From a virus: a stretch of DNA of 64,000 bases. A program made the position numbers and the translations under genes. Every line of letters starts with the position of its first letter. The stretch's first letter is position 1. The stretch lies in the IMG/VR virus record IMGVR_UViG_3300015360_000025. One strand, written 5' to 3'. The notes beneath the pieces are model-generated. The model was not told the origin of the DNA. It saw only the letters and a program-made list of their open reading frames with translations, and did not search any database. Shown here piece after piece: positions 46,730-56,340 of the stretch.

Positions 46730-46901
46730 GGATCTCGAGTACATATACGAAGAGATCTTTCAGCTGACATACTATTGCCGAGTCGAATACGATTCGGCAT
46801 GGGATATGCCGGTGTCAGTCAGGAAGTGGTGGGTCAGAAGGGTGATCAAGGAGAACGAGAGGAAGCAACAAGAGCTTGACAAAGCCAAGCGCAAGAAGTA
46901 G
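46713..46901 (+). CDS. Probable +1 frameshift extension of the chaperone (lambda G-T analogue)
   Basis: The +1 frame reads FGLRPEDLEYIYEEIFQLTYYCRVEYDSAWDMPVSVRKWWVRRVIKENERKQQELDKAKRKK*; its only ATG is late (46806); TTC TTT TGG at 46709-46717. Confidence 0.7.
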   Translation, partial: FGLRPEDLEYIYEEIFQLTYYCRVEYDSAWDMPVSVRKWWVRRVIKENERKQQELDKAKRKK

Positions 46902-46923
46902 TTGATCTCTCGGAGAATAGAGA

Positions 46924-49900
46924 ATGGCACGATTACCCACAAACCTAAAAGAGCTCAAGGCCTACAACGAGTTGCTGGGTGATATCAGCGTCAAGCTCGA
47001 TAAATTGTCTTCACTTGGGGGTGAGCTACTCAAGGTCGACGTTGATAGCTTCTTCCAGGCCAGAGACCACGTCTCCGATTTTGAAGCCAAGCTACGTTCT
47101 GCTGCCAAGATCGCTCCAGAACTGTCTCGGGGTCTTCAGAAGTACGCTGTGATCCAGAAAAAGATCAACGAGATGGAGAAGAACAGAATCAAACTTCAAG
47201 AAAGACTTGAAGCTCTTCAGCTTTCTGCCACTAAGAGGACCAAAGAAGAGAACGAGGAACTCAAGAAGACCGAGGAAAAGATCGGGGAAATTAACAAAGA
47301 GCTTGGGGAGATGAACGAGCAACTCACTAGCTCTAAGATGATTGCTGGTGCCGTTGGGAAGGTCATAGGTGGTTCGGTACTCAACGCCGTAGAGAGTCTC
47401 TCTGCCGCGGCCGTCAACTTTGGAATGGCTGTTACGAGCTGGTCGTTTGATAAAGCGATCGCTGGGCTCAAGCACATTTACGACTTTCAGGAGCGTTCGA
47501 CAAAGGCTGCCGGAACATTCCGACTTGAAATGGGAGCGTTCACTCAGGATATCAAGACAGCTACCAAGACAGCTTCAGCTCTTGACGGACAGATCCGGTC
47601 GTTGACTGGTGGCGACATCGGAGAAGGATTCAAGGCATACAGTGAGTTCTCTGAAGGACTTGGCTTTGTCAATGCTGAGACTGACAAGTTTGCCAAGTCT
47701 GCGTGGGAGATCGGACGGGCGACTGGCGTAGGAACCGAAGCGGTCGGAAAGTTCTATCGGGCTATTAGTATCCAAACGGATTCGTTTGCAGATGGCAGGA
47801 AGGAGACAGCCGAGTTCACGGAAGCGTTGAGAGACGGAGCTAACGAATCAGGGATGAGTGTTGCCAAGTTCTCGAAAGAGATCGCTGGTTCTATGGGATT
47901 CATGGCTCGTTTCGGGAAGGCTGGACGGAAGACCTTCACTGACACGGCCAAGTATGCCGCCAAGTTGGGTGTGTCACTGAAGTCTCTGGAAGCCTTCACA
48001 GATCTCACAGATACGTTCGAGGGGGCCGCGGAAGCATCGGCCAAGATGAACAGCACATTTGGTACCTCCATCAATGCTCTCGACCTCATGCTCGAGCAGG
48101 ATCCTTCAAAGCGATTTGAGCAGGTACGACAGTCTATGTTGGCCCAGGGTCGGACGATGAAGGACCTAATGCCACAGGAGGTGAAGTTTCTCGCCAAGAC
48201 ACTCGCCATCTCAGACGAGGAAGTCCAGGCGGCTATCAGGGAAGGGAAGACGATTGAAGAGGTGGCCAAGGCACGTGAGAAGGCTGGGAGTGAGAAGGAG
48301 AATCAGGAACGTAGTATCCGAAATGCTCTATCGATGACGGCCCAGACCCTTTTCAACTTTAGGCGAGCTTGGGATGGTCTCACTGGAGTTATCACTAAGG
48401 CTCTTGAACCGCTAGCTGGATTCCTTGGTCTCTCTAGCCAAGTCGGTGATAAGACGAAGAAGATCACGACGTTCGGTGGAGTTATGACCGAGATGTTCGC
48501 CCGGTTGGCTAAGGTGATTGAAAAGGTTGCCAATAGTTCTAAGTTTCAGGATTTCCTGAAGATTGTGGCTGCAGACTTGGGTACTCTCTTCAAGAGGATC
48601 GACGAATTTCTTGGTGGACAAGGACTAGACAAGCTCATCGATGGTGTGACATCGACGCTCAAGGTATTCTATGACCTTGTGAAGAAGGCCTTCGGTCTCA
48701 TCTACGAAAAGAAAGATACTATTATCGGATTCTTCAGCAGTCTTGCTGAGAACATGGGTGTAATCCTCGCTCTCTTTGCTGGGGCAAAGTTCGCTAAGAT
48801 GATGCTAGGAGTTGGTCAATTCGGGAAGAGTGCCTTCGATCTATTCAAGGCAATCGGAACAGTAGCTGGTGCGGGAGCTGCTGCGCCCGCTGCGGTGGCA
48901 TCTGCTGCGCCCGCTGCGGTGGCAGCAGGAGCGACTGGAGCAGGAGCCGCTGGAGCAGGAGCCGCTGGAGCAGGAGCTGGTGGAGCTGGTGTTCTAGGCA
49001 TTGGTCTTGGACCACTTCTTGCCATTGTAGCCGCCATTGCAGCAGCTGTATATGTGGCTTACGAAGCAGTCCAGGCTTTTAAGAAAGACGTTGGTGGGCT
49101 AGCGACAAGCATCATGGAGAAGTTCGACAGCATTTCGGAGCGGCTATCGATAATTTTCACTCCTTTCCTCGAGAAGGTAATTTATCCTATCGGTAGGACG
49201 ATTGGCGAGATCTTGGATCCAGTTCTGAAGATGTTCGGAGGAGACGGAACTCTAGGTGAATTCTTCGGGACGGCAGTCTTGAAGTACATCGACGACATGA
49301 TGACTAGTTTCGATCAGTTCCTCACTGTCATCCAGCTTATGATCGAATACGCGGAGGAATTTGCCGGGTTCGTCAGCGACGTCGGAGGGTTTCTCTACGA
49401 GTTGGTTGAACCGACCATTAAAGATATCAAATATCTCTGGGGAGAATTGGGCATATACATCTCTGGAATGTTCACAAGCATCAAGACTGTGGTTGTTGAT
49501 GTCTTCACTGGCATTTTCAAATTTATTACGACGCAGGCCGATCTGATCGTAAGTTTCTGGAAGCAGGCTCTTTCGAAGATCCCGTTCTTCGGTGATTCTT
49601 TCAAAGATGGGCCCAAGGATGATGTAAAGAAAGAACCTGGCTGGCTCGACAGAGTCGTCAAGTTTGGTGCCGATATCGGGACGTCAATCGGGAACGATGT
49701 CACAGCGAAGCTAGACCGTATCGAAGCTACGAAGAATGAGGGACTTCGGAAGAGAGGAAAATCACAGGGCGTAATGAGTATGCCTGAGCTGGATCTCACT
49801 GGTGGAAGGGTTACACCAGCTGCGCCGATATCTCCTGCCAAGAACGAGATGGTGTTTCCAGAGATGGATCTCTCAAGTGGTAGCGTCGCCGCACCTGGGA

Positions 49901-50049
49901 AAGCACCTCCTGGAACGAAACAGAACCTCGCAGACAAAAAGAAGACGGCTGCGGCTGCAGGTGACAAGGTTACGCTAGTGGCGGGAGATGTCTACCTTGA
50001 CGGTGGTCTGGTCGGACGTCACCTGGCAAGACTGGCACGTACTAGCTGA
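46924..50049 (+). CDS. Tail tape measure protein
   Basis: 1041 aa helical Ala/Gly-rich protein with hydrophobic central segments, between chaperone and baseplate genes. Confidence 0.9.
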   Translation: MARLPTNLKELKAYNELLGDISVKLDKLSSLGGELLKVDVDSFFQARDHVSDFEAKLRSAAKIAPELSRGLQKYAVIQKKINEMEKNRIKLQERLEALQLSATKRTKEENEELKKTEEKIGEINKELGEMNEQLTSSKMIAGAVGKVIGGSVLNAVESLSAAAVNFGMAVTSWSFDKAIAGLKHIYDFQERSTKAAGTFRLEMGAFTQDIKTATKTASALDGQIRSLTGGDIGEGFKAYSEFSEGLGFVNAETDKFAKSAWEIGRATGVGTEAVGKFYRAISIQTDSFADGRKETAEFTEALRDGANESGMSVAKFSKEIAGSMGFMARFGKAGRKTFTDTAKYAAKLGVSLKSLEAFTDLTDTFEGAAEASAKMNSTFGTSINALDLMLEQDPSKRFEQVRQSMLAQGRTMKDLMPQEVKFLAKTLAISDEEVQAAIREGKTIEEVAKAREKAGSEKENQERSIRNALSMTAQTLFNFRRAWDGLTGVITKALEPLAGFLGLSSQVGDKTKKITTFGGVMTEMFARLAKVIEKVANSSKFQDFLKIVAADLGTLFKRIDEFLGGQGLDKLIDGVTSTLKVFYDLVKKAFGLIYEKKDTIIGFFSSLAENMGVILALFAGAKFAKMMLGVGQFGKSAFDLFKAIGTVAGAGAAAPAAVASAAPAAVAAGATGAGAAGAGAAGAGAGGAGVLGIGLGPLLAIVAAIAAAVYVAYEAVQAFKKDVGGLATSIMEKFDSISERLSIIFTPFLEKVIYPIGRTIGEILDPVLKMFGGDGTLGEFFGTAVLKYIDDMMTSFDQFLTVIQLMIEYAEEFAGFVSDVGGFLYELVEPTIKDIKYLWGELGIYISGMFTSIKTVVVDVFTGIFKFITTQADLIVSFWKQALSKIPFFGDSFKDGPKDDVKKEPGWLDRVVKFGADIGTSIGNDVTAKLDRIEATKNEGLRKRGKSQGVMSMPELDLTGGRVTPAAPISPAKNEMVFPEMDLSSGSVAAPGKAPPGTKQNLADKKKTAAAAGDKVTLVAGDVYLDGGLVGRHLARLARTS
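48877..48981 (+). repeat. In-frame tandem repeats inside tape measure
   Basis: 2 x 24 bp (xCTGCTGCGCCCGCTGCGGTGGCA) and 3 x 15 bp (GGAGCAGGAGCCGCT). Confidence 0.9.
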
Positions 50050-50058
50050 GGATAGAAT

Positions 50059-52194
50059 ATGGCTCATGAAGTAGAACTACTCGGTAAGTTCCTCGGCACT
50101 CGGGCGAAGAATCCCGACACTGCCGCTTCTCCGTATGACCCGGTCAAAGAGAGTCCACTTGAGCTGGACCTGCCGAACCACGACCTTACCTTCTCCAAGC
50201 CTGCCCCATTGCCACCTCCACCCAAGGTGGAACTGAGCGCACCGAGCGCCCTCCCGCCTCCTCCAGCGGTGGTCCTAGACCCGATCGATCCCATCCCGGA
50301 TCCTCCAAAGGTGATCCTCTCCGTTCCGGCGGTCCTTCCGCCGGAACCACCGCCGCCAGCTTCCATCCCAGGGATCCTTCCGCCTCCTCCGGCGACCGTC
50401 AATATTCTGCCGACTCCGCTTCCACCACCGCCGGCGACCGTCAATCTCTTGCCGCATGCGTTGCCACCACCGCCGGCGACCACGAATCTTCTGCCTCACG
50501 CGTTGCCACCTCCTCCGGCGACCGTCAATCTTCTGCCTCACGTACTTCCCCCGCCGCCGGCGACCGTGCGGAGCATCCCCGGACTGCTTCCTCCGCTCCC
50601 GTTGACTACAAAGTCGATTCCGGCCGCGCTTCCTCCTCCTCCAGCGTTCGTGATTCCTCCTTCGAATCAAATCATCATGCCGAAGCCTGCGCCACCGGGT
50701 CCACCGCCGTTCGTAGAACCTCCAGACTTTGAGGTGAAGTACGGACCACTCGACAACAAGCTTGACTGCACTCCTCAGGAAGCTCCAGATCCGAAGCTGG
50801 TCAATCCACTGGCGACACCGAATTCTGGTTACTCTATCCTGGGAGAGACGTACTCTCCACTTCTTGGAGCGGCAGATCCAGGTACGCTCTCTGGCGATCC
50901 ATTCATGTACGCCCGCCAGGTGGAACGCCAGCTCCGCATCAGTCCAGGCAAGATCACCCTCCACGCACTCACACAAGTAGGTCTCTTCGCCCAGAACGTC
51001 TACGGTACCGTCTGGAATCCAGCGTTGATGGCTCCCCCTCCGGGAAGCAGTGAGTTTCTTCTGCCGGCTCTGGACCTCGGCGGTGGTGGTATCGGGGCGT
51101 TCGACAAGACGAACAAGGACAACCAGGAAGGGAAGACAGAGGAGCGCCAAGTCCAGATCGGCGAACTCGTTGATGCCGTCCTTGACAAGACGTTTGAAAA
51201 GGGGAACACCACTGGCAAGAACCTCGTGGGACCGAATCCGGGGTACGGTCCGAACAACGATGCCATCGCCCGCATCGCTCCGAGGCAGAGTCTCTCGCGA
51301 GGACTTTCTGCGGCCTTCGACAATGTCGCCGCAACCATCAGTTCAGTCGCCAAGAACGGTCTGAATCCTCCAAAGTCAAAGGAAGACCTGCTCAAGAAAT
51401 GGGGGATGGCATTCGAGAATGGTGTCATGCCGATGCGTCTACGTGGAGATAATAAGTTCGGTTTCCGGACGTTCCAGGGTGGTCCAGGTGGAGGGCCGGG
51501 GGATGAGACGTCTCCAGATTCAGTGTACCTGCCTCTTTGCTTTACGGACCTCCGTCCCGTCGGGAATGTCTACAGGACAGTGTACTTCAGACCGATAATC
51601 ACGAGCCTGACAGAAGGTCTTGCTCCTGAGTGGAACAAGGCGCAGTACTACGGACGTGTCGATCCTGTCGCTACGTATATGTCGACCACGCGCACGATCA
51701 ACATGAGCTTTGAGCTACACGCGTTTGGTCCAGAAGATGTGAGGACTATTTATCAGAAGCTGCACTGGCTTTCTTCGATGGTATACCCTGAGTACGACAA
51801 CAATCTTGTGTACAAGTCTGGACCGGTCGTTCGTATGCGAGTCGGTGATCTTGTCAACGCTGTCGGTCCCGAGGGTGGACGTGGTTTACCCGGGATCATC
51901 GAGAGTCTCGACTACGATTACTCAGAGTCACTCTGGGAACTCAAAGAAAACTACAAGCTTCCTCGACAGGTCAAGGTCACTCTTACGTTCACCGTCCTGC
52001 ACGATCTCCCAATCGGCCGTGGAGCTGAGGGAAGGTTTGGCGGTATGGGTCTGATCAATAGCGATGGATTGTACGAGGCTAACCAGATTGATGGTGAGGT
52101 CCTTGTTGATTCGACGGCCTTCCGGCAGTTCGGCACGGGTGCACCTGTTCGATACAACACTCTGGCTAAAGCCAAAGACGAGACAGAGGAGTAA
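50059..52194 (+). CDS. Baseplate/tube-initiator-type protein with a Pro-rich N-terminal extension
   Basis: C-terminal YFRPIITSLTEGLAPEWN...YYGRVDPV..Y.STTRTINMSFEL pattern of gp48/gp54-like proteins. Confidence 0.75.
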   Translation: MAHEVELLGKFLGTRAKNPDTAASPYDPVKESPLELDLPNHDLTFSKPAPLPPPPKVELSAPSALPPPPAVVLDPIDPIPDPPKVILSVPAVLPPEPPPPASIPGILPPPPATVNILPTPLPPPPATVNLLPHALPPPPATTNLLPHALPPPPATVNLLPHVLPPPPATVRSIPGLLPPLPLTTKSIPAALPPPPAFVIPPSNQIIMPKPAPPGPPPFVEPPDFEVKYGPLDNKLDCTPQEAPDPKLVNPLATPNSGYSILGETYSPLLGAADPGTLSGDPFMYARQVERQLRISPGKITLHALTQVGLFAQNVYGTVWNPALMAPPPGSSEFLLPALDLGGGGIGAFDKTNKDNQEGKTEERQVQIGELVDAVLDKTFEKGNTTGKNLVGPNPGYGPNNDAIARIAPRQSLSRGLSAAFDNVAATISSVAKNGLNPPKSKEDLLKKWGMAFENGVMPMRLRGDNKFGFRTFQGGPGGGPGDETSPDSVYLPLCFTDLRPVGNVYRTVYFRPIITSLTEGLAPEWNKAQYYGRVDPVATYMSTTRTINMSFELHAFGPEDVRTIYQKLHWLSSMVYPEYDNNLVYKSGPVVRMRVGDLVNAVGPEGGRGLPGIIESLDYDYSESLWELKENYKLPRQVKVTLTFTVLHDLPIGRGAEGRFGGMGLINSDGLYEANQIDGEVLVDSTAFRQFGTGAPVRYNTLAKAKDETEE
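50380..50643 (+). repeat. 42-bp (14-aa) coding tandem repeat PPPPATVNLLPHAL
   Basis: Units start at 50380, 50422, 50464, 50506, 50548, 50590; the last two are diverged. Confidence 0.9.
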
Positions 52195-52197
52195 TCG

Positions 52198-52512
52198 ATG
52201 GCTAAGAGTCGCCACAGCGATACTGGATTGGTCGATGGGAAGCACTACAAGAGCTTCATCCTTCCCAAGGCGGCCGCGGGATTAAAGAATGTCGACCTCC
52301 TCCAAGGGGTCAAGACGACTGAGTACGTCTACAAGGCTGCCGATCGACTTGACCATGTTGCTGCCAAGTTTCTCGGTGATGATCAATACTGGTGGGTGAT
52401 CGCCCTCGTCAACGGAATCAACTATCCATTCGCGTCTGGTGGTCTGGTACCAGGACGTGTGCTTAGGATCCCTGTCTTTGTGAAGGACGTCCTTGATAAG
52501 CTGTTGGGGTGA
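52198..52512 (+). CDS. Baseplate wedge gp53-like/LysM-type protein
   Basis: DRLDHVAAKFLGDDQYWWVIALVNGI...G..LRIP. Confidence 0.85.
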   Translation: MAKSRHSDTGLVDGKHYKSFILPKAAAGLKNVDLLQGVKTTEYVYKAADRLDHVAAKFLGDDQYWWVIALVNGINYPFASGGLVPGRVLRIPVFVKDVLDKLLG

Positions 52513-52515
52513 TGC

Positions 52516-54276
52516 ATGCCTTACGAAAATCCAGAACATTTTCAGGTTCAGGGGAAGGATGATAAGCCGTTCGCGCTCGTCTCTCAGGCGGCCGTTGAAC
52601 TTCTTGAAGGGATCCTTCCGGCTGAGAAGGCTCAGTCTGTCCCGTACATCTTGATCTGGCAGATCGATCCGTCGACAGGGAAAGCCAAAAACAGTCCATT
52701 GTCCAATGGGTATTCCGAATTCCCCCTCAGCCTTGCATACGTCGAGCCACCGAAATTCGGAGCACAAGTGGGTGCCGAATTCAGGTTCCGGGAGCGTCCC
52801 CCAGTGTCGCTGGAACGCATCTCTATCAAGTCACAGAACCCACGTGGACTGATCATGTACCGGTTGGTAGAACTCAACTTCACGGTCCACCGTCCCGACG
52901 TTGTCTTTGGCGAACCAGCAGTTGACGGACATGATGCTTGGTCTTCCCTAGTCAACCTCGGTACAGTACACGCGCTTGAATACGGTTGGTCATCATCCCA
53001 AGGAGTCAAGAACGGTATTCTGAATGGTGAGGGATTCTCCGATCCCAACAAGGATGTTGCCATCACCGGAAGACAACAGGTCAGATTCGTCGTGACGAGC
53101 TATACGTTTACCATCCAACCGGACAATCAGATCAAGTTCGTCATCAAGGGATTTGAAGATGGTGAGTTCAACTTGCGTCAGGCAGAGATCGCGAAGAACC
53201 CGGCCACCGATGCTCAGAAGAAAGAATCTGGGAAGATAAAGATCAAAGAGAAGACCGATCCAAACTCCTACGACGGAAAGCCAATTAAGGATTTGATAAA
53301 GAAGCTTCAGGACGACGTGGCCGGAAACGCCACTAATGACAGGAAAAAAGGTGGTAAGGTCGTGTTCTTTGGAAAGCTCTTCGACGTCGTCTTTGCTAAG
53401 AAGATCGAAGAGGCGTACAAAGAGTTGGGCTATGAGCTTGAAGGAATCTTCATGGGGAGATTCAACGGTCGCTGCGGCACTCCGGCTCCGAAGTATGGTT
53501 CGACCAGCATGAAGGACGCTCCTATCTCAGACTTTACGTTCCCGCTTGACGACATAGAGAAACACTTTCGGGAACTCATCAAAGCTGGAGCTCAGTTGAC
53601 GCTTCATAACTTCATTAACTCGTTCCTTCGTTTGTTCGAACAGCAACACGTCTGGGACAGGAAGGATGGAAAGAACGACAAGGACACGACCGTCCCTCAG
53701 ATCCACATGCGAAGTATCCAACGTCGGGACCGCGGTGGCAAGTTGAAGGTGTCGTTTCATATTTTCGATGCGACCAGAGAGTTTACCAAGTTTACCAAGG
53801 ACGATTCTCAAAAGCTTCCGAAGGAGAACCAGACCAGGGCAAACATTAAGAAGATCGTTCAAGACAAGGGAATCCCGTTCGTCTCTCTTGTACGCGCCAA
53901 CTCGTTTGTCAAAGACTGTAACTTCGACACAGTGATGGATGAGCAGCAGGCCGGTATTCTCATGCGTCGGGCTCTGACCGAATCTTCGACACGGCAGGCA
54001 AAGGTTGAGAACGCCGACCTGGCATCAAAGGAGAATAGGCTCGTCGGGGCTGTACAACTCTTCTCCCCCGTCATCAACGGGAATATCACGATGATTGGGA
54101 ACTTCGTCTTTGATGTCTTCGCCCTCATTTGGATAGAGTTTGGAGTCAGGCAGTGGGATGGTCCTTTCAACATCGCCGAGAAGGAAGACCTCATCACGCG
54201 TGGTGATTTCACCACGACTCTCAAGCTTTACTCCGCCGGTACTGACCCACTCGGGACCAAGGCGTCCAAGAAGTAA
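52516..54276 (+). CDS. Baseplate hub protein (gp27/late-control-D-like)
   Basis: 586 aa after gp53; LEYGWS, and C-terminal NITMIGNF...I.I.FG...WDGPFNI...ED.ITRGDFTTTLKL. Confidence 0.65.
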   Translation: MPYENPEHFQVQGKDDKPFALVSQAAVELLEGILPAEKAQSVPYILIWQIDPSTGKAKNSPLSNGYSEFPLSLAYVEPPKFGAQVGAEFRFRERPPVSLERISIKSQNPRGLIMYRLVELNFTVHRPDVVFGEPAVDGHDAWSSLVNLGTVHALEYGWSSSQGVKNGILNGEGFSDPNKDVAITGRQQVRFVVTSYTFTIQPDNQIKFVIKGFEDGEFNLRQAEIAKNPATDAQKKESGKIKIKEKTDPNSYDGKPIKDLIKKLQDDVAGNATNDRKKGGKVVFFGKLFDVVFAKKIEEAYKELGYELEGIFMGRFNGRCGTPAPKYGSTSMKDAPISDFTFPLDDIEKHFRELIKAGAQLTLHNFINSFLRLFEQQHVWDRKDGKNDKDTTVPQIHMRSIQRRDRGGKLKVSFHIFDATREFTKFTKDDSQKLPKENQTRANIKKIVQDKGIPFVSLVRANSFVKDCNFDTVMDEQQAGILMRRALTESSTRQAKVENADLASKENRLVGAVQLFSPVINGNITMIGNFVFDVFALIWIEFGVRQWDGPFNIAEKEDLITRGDFTTTLKLYSAGTDPLGTKASKK

Positions 54277-54309
54277 ACCTCTCGTCACATCATATGATAA
54301 GATGGTGGC

Positions 54310-55689
54310 ATGTACAAATTCATCGATGGGTACCTCGATCGCTCCCATCATTACGAGATCTTTCAGGACGGAATCGTTACTTCTGGCAAACATGATCCTC
54401 TTATCCGAGTTAGAGTTCCGGAACGTATAGTCTGTTTCGATTCACGGAAGATCTTCGCTCTCGGTGTAGAACAGGACTCTCTTTACCCTAGTCCTGTATA
54501 CGACATTAAGCTACTATACAGCCACGATGGAGAGCTCTCTCGCCTGGTTCGTAGCATCGATATCCCGATCCGTGGGGATTACCTTGAGCTGGAGAAACGC
54601 TTCTCTGCGCACACCAAGGCCATTGTTGCAGGTAAGGTGGATGTGGAGACGATCCCACTCCGAGAGTTGATCCCTGATGATCTTCGCCACGAGTATATGT
54701 ACGCTCGACTCTCGGCGATGAGACAGCTTTGGGAGAGGTTGACCGAGAAGGACTTGGTCAACTACGAAAAGAATGTGTATCCGATCTACCAGGACATTCT
54801 CATCATCGAGAAAGCTGGGATAAAGATCGACGAGACGTATGTCGCCTCACAGCTTAAGAGGAATGACTTGGCCTCTCATGAGGACAGTTTTTTCAAGAAC
54901 ATTATTGGAAACACGAAGAACGGCTTCGCGAAGACGAAGATAAGTCCAGTCGGTTCGAAGACTTGGCGGCTTCGTGTGGAGGGTGGATTCAATTGCATGG
55001 CGATCCCACATGGCGTATGCCGCAAGGCGATCGTTAGCAGGTTCGATGGAGGTACAATCACTACATTTGATTTCAATGCTATTGACTACCGTTGTCTGGT
55101 AAGGGCGACAGGCGATGACAAGTTGAACGAATTCTACGGTGGGTGCCGAGACTTTCACACTCGGACCGCGTCAATCCTGGGGGAAGTGACGCCAGAACTG
55201 CGAGTGTCAACAAAGAAGATCGCCTACACACACATCTACGGTGGATCGACCGAGACCCTCCAGAAACAGACGCTTCTTCCCAGAGCAGTCCTCGCCGAAC
55301 GAATACAGAAACTAGACGTGCTGTTCGCCCCAATCACCGACTTCAGGAAGCGCTTGAGCGACCAATCGAGGATCGACGGCTTCCTCATCACTCCTGGCGG
55401 TCACGTCGTGAAGATTGAGAAGGGAGACCACGATGGCAAGATCATCGGACTTTTCGGCCAGACATACAGTTCGTCAATCTTCAATGTGGCGGTGAAGGTT
55501 GTCAACAACATTTTGAAGATTAGGAATAGACAGAGTCGGATAATCTTCACTGTGCACGATGAGATCGTGCTTGATCTCCACCCTGACGAACGGGAGCTAT
55601 TGAAAAATCTGGCAGATGCAATGGAAGTGGCGACAGGATTCGTGGTCAAGGAAAAGGAAGGGAAAAGCTATGGCGAAGCAACCGACTGA
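54310..55689 (+). CDS. Family A DNA polymerase-like protein (polymerase domain, short)
   Basis: Motif A FDFNAIDYR, DFHTRTA, motif B RVSTKKIAYTHIYGG, motif C TVHDEIVLD. Confidence 0.85.
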   Translation: MYKFIDGYLDRSHHYEIFQDGIVTSGKHDPLIRVRVPERIVCFDSRKIFALGVEQDSLYPSPVYDIKLLYSHDGELSRLVRSIDIPIRGDYLELEKRFSAHTKAIVAGKVDVETIPLRELIPDDLRHEYMYARLSAMRQLWERLTEKDLVNYEKNVYPIYQDILIIEKAGIKIDETYVASQLKRNDLASHEDSFFKNIIGNTKNGFAKTKISPVGSKTWRLRVEGGFNCMAIPHGVCRKAIVSRFDGGTITTFDFNAIDYRCLVRATGDDKLNEFYGGCRDFHTRTASILGEVTPELRVSTKKIAYTHIYGGSTETLQKQTLLPRAVLAERIQKLDVLFAPITDFRKRLSDQSRIDGFLITPGGHVVKIEKGDHDGKIIGLFGQTYSSSIFNVAVKVVNNILKIRNRQSRIIFTVHDEIVLDLHPDERELLKNLADAMEVATGFVVKEKEGKSYGEATD

Positions 55690-56263
55690 AGAAGAGATCA
55701 TCCAAGCTGCCGAACGTCTCACGGGATTTTTCGACTTCCTTCCCGAACCGCGAAGGGACCTGGTTCGAAAGATGATGGATGGTCCCGTCGGTCAGCAGTA
55801 TTCGACGTGTCCAGCCTCCTCGAGGGATGACTACCACAGCTGCTTCCCAGGTGGTCTCCTTATCCATTCTCTGAACGTAATCAGAAACTTGAACAAACTG
55901 TCAAAGGCACTCTGCCCAGGGAAGTACACTGATTCTACCCTCATATTCGTCGGGGCGTTCCACGATCTCGGGAAGGTGGGAGATGGTGAACAGCCGTACT
56001 ACGTCCCGAATCCGTCAGATTGGCACCGGCAAAAGGGCATGCTCTATGAGGTAAACAAAGAGTGCGTCTGGATGCCGACCTCTGAACGAGGCCTCTATAT
56101 CCTCCAGAAGCACGGGATTGAGGTCACTTCTGACGAATATCTGGCGATCCGACTGAACGACGGACAGTATGATGAAGCTAATCGTGGATATCGGATGAAA
56201 GAACCAGGGCTTGCGTTGTTGGTCCACTGGGCTGACATGTGGTCGTGTCAGCAAGAGAAATAG
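55670..56263 (+). CDS. HD-domain phosphohydrolase (YhaM/CBF1-like)
   Basis: YHSCFPGGLLIHSLNV, FHDLGKVG, AIRLNDG, VHWADM; likely start MAKQPT at 55670. Confidence 0.85.
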   Translation: MAKQPTEEEIIQAAERLTGFFDFLPEPRRDLVRKMMDGPVGQQYSTCPASSRDDYHSCFPGGLLIHSLNVIRNLNKLSKALCPGKYTDSTLIFVGAFHDLGKVGDGEQPYYVPNPSDWHRQKGMLYEVNKECVWMPTSERGLYILQKHGIEVTSDEYLAIRLNDGQYDEANRGYRMKEPGLALLVHWADMWSCQQEK

Positions 56264-56340
56264 TCACTTCAAGTCTAAACCCGAGAGGTGGGGCTACTTA
56301 AGTTGAGAAGTTCCGTCCTCTATATCTACGGGAGTCCAGG

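Noticed and set aside
50380-50643. Regular repeats as a CRISPR array
   Set aside because: Units are contiguous in-frame coding repeats without unique spacers; no cas genes are present. The same applies to 48877-48981.
36460-54276. Bacterial contractile injection system (eCIS/PVC/T6SS) or an NCLDV
   Set aside because: Terminase, portal, prohead protease and gp23-type capsid genes are co-located, which indicates a tailed phage.
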